Source: Ignavibacteriota bacterium
GTDB taxonomy: Bacteria; Bacteroidota; Ignavibacteria; UBA10030
Direction of reading: 5' to 3'
Assembly: GCA_963727825.1 (NCBI GenBank)
Contig: CAVSHO010000005.1
Coordinates: 1-14,914 of the forward strand
DNA length: 14,914 nt
Under the pieces are notes generated by a model. That model was given only the letters and a program-made list of their open reading frames with translations, did no database searches and was not told the DNA's origin. Positions 1 through 8,854 of this stretch are shown in pieces. The stretch's first letter is position 1; the number at the start of each line of letters is the position of its first letter. Both the position numbers and the translations under genes were made by a program.

Positions 1-657
1 AACACGTAATTTCGTCTGCTGTTGAATAACAGATCGAAGATTTCGAATATCTCCTGCGGAACGCACAAACGATAGTGCCACATAATCTACGTCATGTGCA
101 AGACCGAACTTTAAATCTTCGATATCTTTATCTGTTAGTGATGGCGTGCTTAACCTGATACCAGGAAGATTCATTCCTTTATTTTCTTTCAGAATGCCGC
201 CGTTCACCACCGTGCATTCAACATCCTTTGCTGTCTTCATTACTACGCGCAATGCCATCTTGCCATCATCCAATAAAATTATATCTCCTGCTTTCACATC
301 GTCCGGTAATTCGCGATATGTCGTAGTAACCCGATGTTCATCTCCCTCAATTTCATCGATAGTGAATACGAACATTGCCCCTTCTTTCAACTCTACAGAT
401 TTATTCTGCAACTTACCGGTACGAATCTTTGGCCCGCATAAATCCTGTAAAATGCCAATGTGCTCTCCAGTGAGTTTACTTGCCTCTCGTACATTTTTTA
501 TCGCCGCTAGATGATCCTCATGCGTTCCATGCGAAAAATTCAATCGTGCGACATCCATACCTGCTTGAATTAATTCCACCAATTGTTCAACACTTTGCGA
601 AGCAGGGCCGAGTGTGCAAATAATTTTTGTCTTGGCAACTGTTCTTTTACTTCTCAT
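1..657 (-). CDS. pyk: Pyruvate kinase, N-terminal part (runs off the left edge of the window)
   Basis: Not in the ORF track. Hand translation from ATG at 657 gives MRSKRTVAKTKIICTLGPASQSVEQLVELIQAGMDVARLNFSHGTHEDH, with the PK motifs TKIICTLGPA and RLNFSHG, followed by DLCGPKIRTG. Confidence 0.97.
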   Translation of the reverse strand, partial: MRSKRTVAKTKIICTLGPASQSVEQLVELIQAGMDVARLNFSHGTHEDHLAAIKNVREASKLTGEHIGILQDLCGPKIRTGKLQNKSVELKEGAMFVFTIDEIEGDEHRVTTTYRELPDDVKAGDIILLDDGKMALRVVMKTAKDVECTVVNGGILKENKGMNLPGIRLSTPSLTDKDIEDLKFGLAHDVDYVALSFVRSAGDIRNLRSVIQQQTKLRV

Positions 658-661
658 AGTT

Positions 662-1405
662 CTATCCTCTTATTTCTTCTCTAATCTTCACAAGACGCGG
701 CAGTGCTTCGCCTGCTTTTCCAAGTATTGTCTCATTAACGTTATGCGATATTTCCGTTCGCTCCATATTAATTTCTACAACATATGCACCCTGCTTCCGT
801 GCTATTAAAGGTAGATTTGCGGCAGGATATACAACTGCCGATGTACCGACAGTTAGAAATAATTCACACCGGTTCGCTGCTTCTGTCGCTGATTCAAAGA
901 CTCCTTCCGGCAGCATTTCGCCAAACCATACAATGTCTGGACGAATGATTCCATTACAGGATTGACAGTGCGGCACTTTGTTTTCAAATGAAACTTCGAC
1001 GTTGGAAGCAAATTTTCCACAATTAATACAATAGCTGCGCTCTATGTTTCCATGGAGTTCTAACACAGCTTTGCTGCCAGCACGTACGTGTAGATTGTCG
1101 ATGTTCTGCGTAATTAATGTGAAATCTTTTACCAATTCCTGCATGCGCGCAAGAGCGAAATGTGCAGGGTTGGGTTTCACATCGTGAATAATTTTTTTTC
1201 TATAATTGTACCATTCCCATACCAACTCCGGATTACGCATAAATGCATTGAAGTTAGCCAGCTCTTCCGGTTTTAGCTTCGACCATAATCCATTGGAACC
1301 GCGGAAAGTTTCTACTCCACTTTCTGCTGAAATGCCCGCCCCTGTCAGCACACAAATTGAATCTGTGTTTTGAAGCAACAAACGAAGCTTTTCGGATATA
1401 TTCAT
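662..1405 (-). CDS. cobB: NAD-dependent protein deacylase (sirtuin, class III/CobB-like)
   Basis: Motifs GAGISAESG..TFRG, TQNIDNLH, LELHG, CxxC...CxxC zinc site, RPDIVWFGE and GTSAVVYPAA. Start moved from 1438 to ATG 1405 (MNISEKL), which forms an ATGA overlap with the upstream stop. Confidence 0.95.
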   Translation of the reverse strand: MNISEKLRLLLQNTDSICVLTGAGISAESGVETFRGSNGLWSKLKPEELANFNAFMRNPELVWEWYNYRKKIIHDVKPNPAHFALARMQELVKDFTLITQNIDNLHVRAGSKAVLELHGNIERSYCINCGKFASNVEVSFENKVPHCQSCNGIIRPDIVWFGEMLPEGVFESATEAANRCELFLTVGTSAVVYPAANLPLIARKQGAYVVEINMERTEISHNVNETILGKAGEALPRLVKIREEIRG

Positions 1406-3810
1406 CTCATTGGCCTTAGCGTAAGAACATCTCGGCATGTTGATTCAATAATCGACTGCTGCATCGGACGCGTTTTATAAGCGCCATTGAGCCAGAGTGT
1501 TACTTGATCTTTGTAGTGGCTGGAAAACACTTGCCCCGATTGACCCGGCGGTAAAACACTTCGCGTATCATTGATGTCAGCGAGATTAAATACTTGCCGC
1601 ATTGACGGTCCAACGGCACTTTTAAAAGAATGAGCAATGAAATACTGCCCAACATTAATTGTAGAATGCGAACCACCTATCGGGAATGGTCCAATATTGA
1701 AGAATCCAGAAAGTAATTTGTTCGCACCAAAAACATGTCCGAATGTTACCGTGTGCAGTCTTCCCCATTGCCATTCTTTGAGATCGCCGCCGAGTTGGTT
1801 TTTTAACATAACAAGTGCGTCGCTTACACTCTTGCGTATAAGATCATCCCGTGTTTCACGCGGAGGTGTGTTAAGATCATCGAACCACTCCGAGTTAGGG
1901 TTCTTCAGTAAATGAGACAATGCTGACAAAGGCGTGCTTGCCAGCGTATCATACAATCCGTACAGTCGATCACCCATTTTATCATGAAAAACATTGTAGA
2001 TAAGTTTGTTGATTGTTGCTTGGAATAGAGTAGTACTCACATCTTCTTTCCGCATTTCGAAATTCCAATTCCGGAAATATTCCAGTGCCGTTTTCACATC
2101 TTCATCAATAACAATGACGCTATCGTATGCATGAAGGATGTACGGCACAACTTCCATTGCATGCGTGGAAACAAGATCGAGCTGTAGATGCTGGATTTCA
2201 TCTACCGTAAATTTATCTTGTTCATTCAGCACTTCACTTATCCGGATTGACCGCCACGGAGATTCCCAATGATTAGAGATGTTATAAGGATACGAATCAT
2301 CGACAATCTTGTTGTTTGCCGTCGCTATAAATCCTTCTGGCGGGTTGAAGACATGCGGCATCTGGTCAAACGGGACAAATCCATTCCAATCGTATTCATC
2401 TGTCCAACCGGGGAACGGCAGTGTCGGTCCCTTCGTTTTTCGGATCGGAAGCTTGCCGCCCGTTCGATATCCGATATTGCCATCGACATCAGCGTACACA
2501 AAATTCTGTGCGGGTACAGCAAATAATTTTAACGCTTCCTGAAACTCCTGCCAGTTACCAGATTTATCAATTCGATACAAAGCGCCGGCCTCATTTGATA
2601 TTTCATTTCCAGTCCATCGCATTGATATGAGCGATGATGCTGATTGGGCCGTTGGTTCTATTTTATTTACAATTGGTCCACGGTGCGTACTATATATAGA
2701 AATTGCAACCGGCAGTGATCCCTTCACAACAATCGTATCAACAGTTTCAGTGATAGACAGCCATTCGTTGTTAAATCGATAACGTGTCGGATGTTGAAGC
2801 GAATCAACTTCTTCAATGTAAAAGTCTTCGTCATCCATCATTGCATTCGTTACACCCCATGCAATGCGCTGATTTCTTCCCATCACAATAAATGGCACAC
2901 CAGGAATAGACATTCCGGCAACATCCAAGTTCGGTGCGCTGATGTGAAGTTCGTACCACCGCGCCGGCGACATCAGTATAAGATGTGGATCGTTTGCAAG
3001 CATAGGCTTTCCGGTAACAGACTTAGCACCAGAGATTGCCCACGCGTTGCTGCCAGACTCAAGAGCGCGAATTCCAAGAAGCGAGCGGCATGCTCCTTCC
3101 GCTTCAAACAACGGACGAAGGTCTTCAGCAATTGTTTTCCCTTTCAATTCTTTTGGAATAATAAAAGGGGCGTTATCCGGCCAGTACGGGAAGATCTCTT
3201 TCGCCTTCGCTTCACCAAATTTCTGGACTAATTCGGCAAGAAGTAAATCTATCCAGCGTGAGTAATTCAATTCCCATGCCATCAATCGGCTGACAAGGAT
3301 CGAATGCTCGATCGTCCACGGCTCCGGTTCGATTTTCAACATATCAAATTCAATAGGATATTTACCGGCATGTGTTACAATGAATTGATTCACGCCGTCT
3401 GCATATGCTTGCAATGCTTTACGTGTATCATCATCGAGCGACTGTGAAATTTTTTGTGCATGGCGCCATAAACCGAGAGTGTGGAACATTTTATCAATCT
3501 GAAGCGCCTGCTCTCCTAATACTTCCGATAGACGCCCCATACCAACACGCCGCGTCAATTCCATTTGCCACAGCCGATCCTGTGCATGCGTAAAACCAAC
3601 TGTAAAGAATGCATCATATTCTGATTGCGCGACAACATGCGGAACGCCAAATTCGTCCCGATAAACTTTCACATCTTGCGCCAATCCTTTAACATCTATT
3701 GTTCCTGAAACCTTCGGGAAAGATCGCGTCACGAGGAAATATCCAATTAATGTTCCAACGAGTAGAACAATAATAAATATTGTACCGATTCCAATCAAAG
3801 TCCTTCGCAT
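1402..3810 (-). CDS. Penicillin acylase family Ntn-hydrolase (peptidase S45), N-terminal membrane anchor
   Basis: RDEFGVPH, HAQDRLWQM, GSNAW (N-terminal nucleophile Ser of the beta chain), LANDPHL, QNFVYAD, TANN and PGQSG..S.HY.DQ motifs. Hydrophobic N-terminus; AAGGT just upstream of the ATG. Confidence 0.95.
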   Translation of the reverse strand: MRRTLIGIGTIFIIVLLVGTLIGYFLVTRSFPKVSGTIDVKGLAQDVKVYRDEFGVPHVVAQSEYDAFFTVGFTHAQDRLWQMELTRRVGMGRLSEVLGEQALQIDKMFHTLGLWRHAQKISQSLDDDTRKALQAYADGVNQFIVTHAGKYPIEFDMLKIEPEPWTIEHSILVSRLMAWELNYSRWIDLLLAELVQKFGEAKAKEIFPYWPDNAPFIIPKELKGKTIAEDLRPLFEAEGACRSLLGIRALESGSNAWAISGAKSVTGKPMLANDPHLILMSPARWYELHISAPNLDVAGMSIPGVPFIVMGRNQRIAWGVTNAMMDDEDFYIEEVDSLQHPTRYRFNNEWLSITETVDTIVVKGSLPVAISIYSTHRGPIVNKIEPTAQSASSLISMRWTGNEISNEAGALYRIDKSGNWQEFQEALKLFAVPAQNFVYADVDGNIGYRTGGKLPIRKTKGPTLPFPGWTDEYDWNGFVPFDQMPHVFNPPEGFIATANNKIVDDSYPYNISNHWESPWRSIRISEVLNEQDKFTVDEIQHLQLDLVSTHAMEVVPYILHAYDSVIVIDEDVKTALEYFRNWNFEMRKEDVSTTLFQATINKLIYNVFHDKMGDRLYGLYDTLASTPLSALSHLLKNPNSEWFDDLNTPPRETRDDLIRKSVSDALVMLKNQLGGDLKEWQWGRLHTVTFGHVFGANKLLSGFFNIGPFPIGGSHSTINVGQYFIAHSFKSAVGPSMRQVFNLADINDTRSVLPPGQSGQVFSSHYKDQVTLWLNGAYKTRPMQQSIIESTCRDVLTLRPMR

Positions 3811-3830
3811 AAACGACCTTTTAAGTGTAC

Positions 3831-3874
3831 AAAAAAAATTCCGTCCCGATTGTTCATATCAATCGAGACGGAAT
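3831..3874 (-). terminator. Intrinsic terminator after the FadL-like outer-membrane protein gene
   Basis: Minus strand ATTCCGTCTCGATTG-ATATGAA-CAATCGGGACGGAAT is a 15-bp stem with one G-U pair, followed by a T run (A tract at 3831-3838 on the plus strand). Confidence 0.9.
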
Positions 3875-3908
3875 AATGTAATCAAACTTGAAAAGCAGTG
3901 CAACTAAA

Positions 3909-5375
3909 CTAAAAATAGTAGGACAACGTCAGATTAAAATTACTGGTGGTAACCGTTTCATCGGTTCCGACATATTGAGTAACGCCTGATCCATCTATAT
4001 ACGAATAATTTGTCCGTAAGGTTTTCCATGTCCCGTATGCATACGCAGCGTTGAGAACGGTCCGCTCATCAAGCGAATATCCGATTCCTGCAGTATAGTA
4101 CAACTGGTCTCGACTACTTGGGTCCCCTTTCCACGGAGATGGATTATAAATAATTCCGGCGCGCAGTTTTAGCCCTATATTAAAGAGCGAAACCTCTCCT
4201 CCTCCGCGAAGATTTGTTGTTGCTCTCATTTGATTCTTGATACGGGAATTTTCCTCACTAAAAGCTGCATTGTCATTGAACTCCATCTGTGTCCAATCTG
4301 TATACTCTGCATCTCCTGCTAATAAAAGCCATTCAAGCGGCTGAATTGATATTCCACCGCTGAGTACATAAGGTGTTGTTACTTTATAATTTGTTGAATT
4401 TGCTGTCACAGGATAAAAATATGAATAATTACCGGAAGCATCTGGCGTTTTGAATTGACTTGATGCAGATTCTGAATACGTTTCATGTATATCATAAATA
4501 GTAGCTGTTCGAATAGCAATACCAATTGAATATTTTCCAGGATTTCTGTACATCAATCCTAAGAGTGCATTGAATCCGCTGATATCATCATTAATTGTAT
4601 TCTCGTAAGTGAATTGGCTAAAATCGTTTGGATATGTCGTATACAAATTCAATATATCGTTTTCATTTACCGTTTGATCATACGAATATGAGCCAGAAGC
4701 AAAATTGAGTGATACACCGATAGAGAGATTTGGACCAACATCCATTGCGCCACCAAAAGTCCAGTGGTTTAATCCACCTCCTTCTAAAACATTTAAAGTT
4801 TGTTGCACATTGCCCTTCATAATCGAGGATAGTTTTCCGGTCAAAGTATCCATATTCGCTAAGTATAATTGATAAGGAATATTGTTGTCTAACGGTTGAT
4901 TGAGTAAATATGTTGACTGAGAAAAAGAACTAGAAGGATTAAATGCATTCATCGAAGCTGTTGTTGTGTAATCTGCCGCCCTATTGAATCCAAAGGCAAA
5001 TGTTAAGCTGCCCCGTGTAGTCGGAACTGCATAAACAATACCAAGATTATTGAGATTTAAAACATTACTATTCGAGGTAGTTTTTGTGCTTAAATATGAC
5101 ACATCATTTGAATATCCAAGGTTTGAAAGTCCAATAGAAAATTCATTATCACGTTCAAGTGCTAAACCTGCAGGATTCCAGAAAAGGGCCGAATAATCAT
5201 TAACACCGCCAACGGTCGCGTTACCCATCCCAAGTTCGCGTGCACCAACTCCCAACCCAAGTTGTGAATAGCGTAGTGCATCTTCAGCGTATTGTGCTTG
5301 AAGTGCCTGCAAACTTAAAGTTAAAACGACAACTAAGACAAATATCTTCTGAATCATTTTCATCGTATGTCCCAT
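3909..5375 (-). CDS. Outer-membrane beta-barrel, OmpP1/FadL-like (Bacteroidota 'hemin receptor'-type)
   Basis: Signal peptide ending ALQA-Q, then DALRYS...GARELGMGNA...SALFWNPAGLA typical of FadL-like hatch regions, amphipathic strands and a C-terminal Phe (LSYYF). The true start may be ATG 5363. Confidence 0.85.
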   Translation of the reverse strand: MGHTMKMIQKIFVLVVVLTLSLQALQAQYAEDALRYSQLGLGVGARELGMGNATVGGVNDYSALFWNPAGLALERDNEFSIGLSNLGYSNDVSYLSTKTTSNSNVLNLNNLGIVYAVPTTRGSLTFAFGFNRAADYTTTASMNAFNPSSSFSQSTYLLNQPLDNNIPYQLYLANMDTLTGKLSSIMKGNVQQTLNVLEGGGLNHWTFGGAMDVGPNLSIGVSLNFASGSYSYDQTVNENDILNLYTTYPNDFSQFTYENTINDDISGFNALLGLMYRNPGKYSIGIAIRTATIYDIHETYSESASSQFKTPDASGNYSYFYPVTANSTNYKVTTPYVLSGGISIQPLEWLLLAGDAEYTDWTQMEFNDNAAFSEENSRIKNQMRATTNLRGGGEVSLFNIGLKLRAGIIYNPSPWKGDPSSRDQLYYTAGIGYSLDERTVLNAAYAYGTWKTLRTNYSYIDGSGVTQYVGTDETVTTSNFNLTLSYYF

Positions 5376-5398
5376 CCTAATGTTTTGATATATAATTA

Positions 5399-6275
5399 TC
5401 AGCGTGATCTACCCGAACCACCACTTTGATGACCACTACCGCCATCGTTTCTTGATGCTGGTGCGCTTGAAGAAGAACTTGTCCGAGTTGATGATTGCGG
5501 TGAATAACTTCGTCCACTTGATCTAGATTGCCCGTTACTTGATCCTTGACTTCGAGAATATACACGACCGTGCGAGCTGCCGGTTCTAGATCTTCTGCTC
5601 GTTGTCATAGTGCTTTGATCCCGATGACGCGGTTGCTGAACGCTCAGATTATACCAATTGCCTCTTTGGCGGCTTGTTGAGACGCTCCTCGAAGAATTAC
5701 GCGAAGTTCTTGTTGTTACGGCACTTCCACTTTGAGTGGCTGCACTTCCAGCTGCGCGAGGAAGGCTAACGCCTCCCTGGCTAGTTTCAACTCGACCATT
5801 GTACGTCGTTCCTATTCCAGCATATCCAGATCTTGTGGTACCAGTTAGTCTACTATTTCCACTTCTCTGATAGCCAAAATTGCGCGTCACAAACGATCGA
5901 GGATAGCCATAACCGTACCCTGAATAATAACTCCTGTAACCCCAATAATGAGGATAATAGGAATAACCAATATAGAATGCAGGACCCCAGTGACCATGGA
6001 TCCCAATACGACGGGTATACACATCCATAATCCCATGACCAATATGAATTCCAGCCGGGATAATAATAAGAGAATCCGAGACATTGGTGTGATTGCCAAT
6101 TATCATTATCTTCACCGTAATATGAAGAATCATTTTGAACAGCAGATTGTTGTTCCTGTCGATATGATAAATCTTCATCTCGCGTTGGAACAAATTGCGT
6201 GTAGCATCCTTGGAAGAAAATCGCCATTAGTCCAAACGACAGAAGAAGTTTGAAATATAAAATCATTGTTTTCAT
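5399..6275 (-). pseudogene. Lipoprotein with Y/W/G-rich middle and R/S/G-rich tail, split by a one-base frameshift near 5992 (pseudogene or sequence error)
   Basis: The 5' frame gives a signal peptide and lipobox (FFQG-CYTQF) up to SYWDPW. The 3' frame continues WGPAFYIGYSYYPHYWGY...SGGSGRSR. Removing one base gives DPWYWGPAF and one ORF of about 291 aa. GAGGT lies 5 nt before ATG 6275. Confidence 0.75.
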
Positions 6276-6309
6276 GATCGACCTCATTTGTTTGACGCTT
6301 AAATAGTGC

Positions 6310-6325
6310 TCAAGTTTCTTGCCAG
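6310..6325 (-). promoter_or_regulatory. Candidate sigma-54 (-24/-12) promoter for the lipoprotein-barrel pair
   Basis: Minus strand CTGGCAAG-AAAC-TTGA matches TGGCACG-N4-TTGC with correct spacing, but has GA instead of GC at -12. It sits just downstream of a terminator and about 35 nt before ATG 6275. Confidence 0.55.
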
Positions 6326-6329
6326 CGAT

Positions 6330-6376
6330 AAAAAAACAAAAAGCCTGAATTCGGCGAGTTTTCGCTATATTCAGGC
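6330..6376 (-). terminator. Intrinsic terminator ending the recN...YjbH-like transcript
   Basis: GCCTGAAT (6343-6350) pairs with ATTCAGGC (6369-6376), with an inner GCGA/TCGC stem. TTTTTGTTTTTTT follows on the minus strand. Confidence 0.8.
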
Positions 6377-6514
6377 ATTTAAATTATAGCCCAAATTCTT
6401 ATATGTCTACAAATCTAAACGCTACTGTTCACAGCCCTGTACATTTAAGTAATAGATTTTCTGACAGATTTATAAGTTAAAATTTAAATAACAAGATATT
6501 ATTATGATAGAGGA

Positions 6515-7297
6515 TTAAAAATTTCCTATGTAATCAATCTGGAGTGTGCGATTTCCAAGGTCCACGTTGTTTTGGTTCTTTGTGATATTTTTTAAATTGA
6601 AGCCGACAACTAATCCTTTTGCACATGTCCATCTGAAACCAAAATTGAGGTACCCGTTTCCTTTGCCAAGTGCATAATTATTATTATCATTTTTCGCAAA
6701 ATCGTACTCAAGCATAATTGAGATATCTCTGCCTATTGATTTCTCTGCACCTACGTACGCATTAAGATCCTTATCGCCATCATTTGTTTCCATGGATTTA
6801 TTCAATCCGCCATGCAAACTGAGATTGCCAAGGAATTCGTAATTCTTACTGGCGGCTAAATACACTCCGGGCGATTTGATTGTATAGCGTTTTAATGTAT
6901 CGGCATTGAGATATGGTTCTTTGCCTTGAGAATCAAAACCGATGGCGAGCGCTGGCATGGTCGAACTCTCACTCACAAGACGCAGTTTTGCGTTTATTCC
7001 GGGCATTGGATTCATATTAATTTTATTCTGACCTATAATATCTGTGCCGCCATACGAAATTCCAAATGTAAACGGTTCAAAAACTCCCACCGAAATCCCC
7101 ACCAACACACCGCCGTCTTGAAAGAAGTTCGAAGAAACAGAATACGATCCTCTTTTTAGCAAACCGGCTGTCGGTTTATCAATCAGCATTGTCGGTTCAA
7201 TAGTTGCTCCGTCGCCTGCATAGCTTTGCGCTAATGCCGTTTCTACTGTCACTATCATTAAAAGATTCACAATCAGAATTAAACTCGATTTTTTCAC
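6515..7297 (-). CDS. Exported/outer-membrane protein, YjbH-like barrel
   Basis: Start reassigned to GTG 7297 (AGGAG at 7304-7308, 6-nt spacer), which removes the overlap with the amidohydrolase. Signal peptide ends ALA-Q; LIDKPTAGLL motif as in the YjbH N-terminus; beta-strand pattern; terminal Phe. Confidence 0.7.
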   Translation of the reverse strand: MKKSSLILIVNLLMIVTVETALAQSYAGDGATIEPTMLIDKPTAGLLKRGSYSVSSNFFQDGGVLVGISVGVFEPFTFGISYGGTDIIGQNKINMNPMPGINAKLRLVSESSTMPALAIGFDSQGKEPYLNADTLKRYTIKSPGVYLAASKNYEFLGNLSLHGGLNKSMETNDGDKDLNAYVGAEKSIGRDISIMLEYDFAKNDNNNYALGKGNGYLNFGFRWTCAKGLVVGFNLKNITKNQNNVDLGNRTLQIDYIGNF

Positions 7298-7322
7298 TTG
7301 ATTCTCCTTTTCATAAACTAAA

Positions 7323-8849
7323 CTATTCTTCGTCGTCACCAAATATTTTCTTAACATTCTTTGGAAGTTCCTTAGCCGTTTCATGCGAGGCATTACCTTT
7401 TGCTTGCGGAGCAGACGTTGTTCGTTCCTTTCGAACAATTCTAAATCCTTCTTTAGCAATCATATCCTCTTCAGAAGATTTACTTTCTTTTTTTTGTTTT
7501 TCAGAGAACTTGAGTATCGGGGCTGACAATGGCAGACCTGATGTTTTTTGTTTATGGAAAGATAATAACTTTTTAAAAATTATTTGCCCCTCCCTTGCCA
7601 AATCTTCTTCTGAATAAGTGAGAGCATGTCCTTCGCGGATGTAAAATTCGCCATTAATCATTACGTCGCTTACCTGTTGTGAGGCGGCTTCTTGAAGAAC
7701 AATCTCAAGAATTTGTTCAGCATTGTCATCCGCAAGGATGGAATTCATACGAAACTCAGATAAATTAAGGAAAACAAGATCGGCTTTCTTTCCCGTTTCA
7801 ATCGTCCCAATTTCCGCATCAAGCCCAAGCGCATATGCTCCATTTTTTGTGTGAAGAGCAAGTAAATCGTACGCCTGTTCATGCGGCAAACCGAGCGTTT
7901 TAAGAATAGAACAATAGGATTGAATATTCTCTAACGGCTTTGCAATTCCCCAATCGGTACCAAATGCGAGCGTAATTTTGTATTTGAGTAATTCTTCGAA
8001 TGGCGGGATTTCCGTTCCCTTCTGAAGAATTGCCGATGGCGAATATACCAACGGCGTACCAGACTTCGCAATTATTTCAAAATCTCCATCTTCAAAACAT
8101 GAGAGATGAAGTAGATGCGCCGGCGAGTCAATCGCTCTATACTCTGCATATAATTGGGCAATGGACTTATTGAAATTTTTCTTCACGATATTAAATGCCT
8201 GCCGGGTTTGGCCCAAATGCAATATTACCGGCCATTGAAGTTCCCGCGCTGAACGAATACTTGATTGAAGATTGTAAGTTGTAAGATTTTCTTCATCGGT
8301 GATAACAAAAGCGAAACGAATTGACGATTCGCGCTGCTTACGAGCCGCTTCAATCTGATCGCCATTATGCAAGCCGATAAAACCTCTTTGATTCGTTTGC
8401 TGCATTGCTTCGAGTGATGCTGTAAAAGAATGTTCAAGATTATCGATGCCATATTCTGACAATGTTGTTACACCGGATTTGAGCGCGGCATAATATGACA
8501 ATCGGTAAAGGGTTAAGAATTCCTGGAATGTGGCTTCCTTGCGTAAATAGTCATTAGCGCGGCTAATGATCGGGGTCTTATTCCATCGCGACATCGGCTG
8601 ACCAGATGTTAAATATCGCAAGATAAACGATTCACCCGTATGATGCGCATCTACGAATCCCGGCAAAATGATTTTTCCCGCGGTATCAATAACTTCGGCA
8701 TTCGGATACGTCGCCTTGAGAGCATCAGCGCGCTTGCCAATCTCGATAATACGGCCGTTCTGAATTATGAGCGTGAGTTTCCCAGCGCGATTTTGCTTGT
8801 CACCCGTAAAAACAAATCCGTTTTCGATTATTTTAATTGAATCGATCAT
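7323..8849 (-). CDS. Amidohydrolase superfamily protein (SsnA/MtaD-like) with degenerate metal motifs
   Basis: N-terminal beta-sandwich (IIQNGRIIEIG), IILPGFVDAH, LKSGVTT, FGTD and NGAYALGL..EIGTIETGKKADLV motifs. Confidence 0.85.
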   Translation of the reverse strand: MIDSIKIIENGFVFTGDKQNRAGKLTLIIQNGRIIEIGKRADALKATYPNAEVIDTAGKIILPGFVDAHHTGESFILRYLTSGQPMSRWNKTPIISRANDYLRKEATFQEFLTLYRLSYYAALKSGVTTLSEYGIDNLEHSFTASLEAMQQTNQRGFIGLHNGDQIEAARKQRESSIRFAFVITDEENLTTYNLQSSIRSARELQWPVILHLGQTRQAFNIVKKNFNKSIAQLYAEYRAIDSPAHLLHLSCFEDGDFEIIAKSGTPLVYSPSAILQKGTEIPPFEELLKYKITLAFGTDWGIAKPLENIQSYCSILKTLGLPHEQAYDLLALHTKNGAYALGLDAEIGTIETGKKADLVFLNLSEFRMNSILADDNAEQILEIVLQEAASQQVSDVMINGEFYIREGHALTYSEEDLAREGQIIFKKLLSFHKQKTSGLPLSAPILKFSEKQKKESKSSEEDMIAKEGFRIVRKERTTSAPQAKGNASHETAKELPKNVKKIFGDDEE

Positions 8850-8854
8850 GCAAA

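Noticed and set aside
1406-1438. Upstream start for cobB
   Set aside because: ATG 1405 gives a typical sirtuin N-terminus and an ATGA overlap with the acylase stop.
5985-5996. Programmed ribosomal frameshift in the lipoprotein gene
   Set aside because: No slippery heptamer, in-frame stop at the shift site or evident stimulatory structure.
6377-6514. Possible sRNA or small ORF between the YjbH-like stop and the terminator, and an IHF-like site near 6489-6501
   Set aside because: AT-rich with no convincing ORF or stable structure. The IHF match has a mismatch and is expected by chance in such sequence.
7298-7459. Long N-terminal extension of the 6515..7459 ORF overlapping the amidohydrolase
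   Set aside because: GTG 7297 has an AGGAG site and starts a clean signal peptide, so the extension is an ORF-caller artefact.
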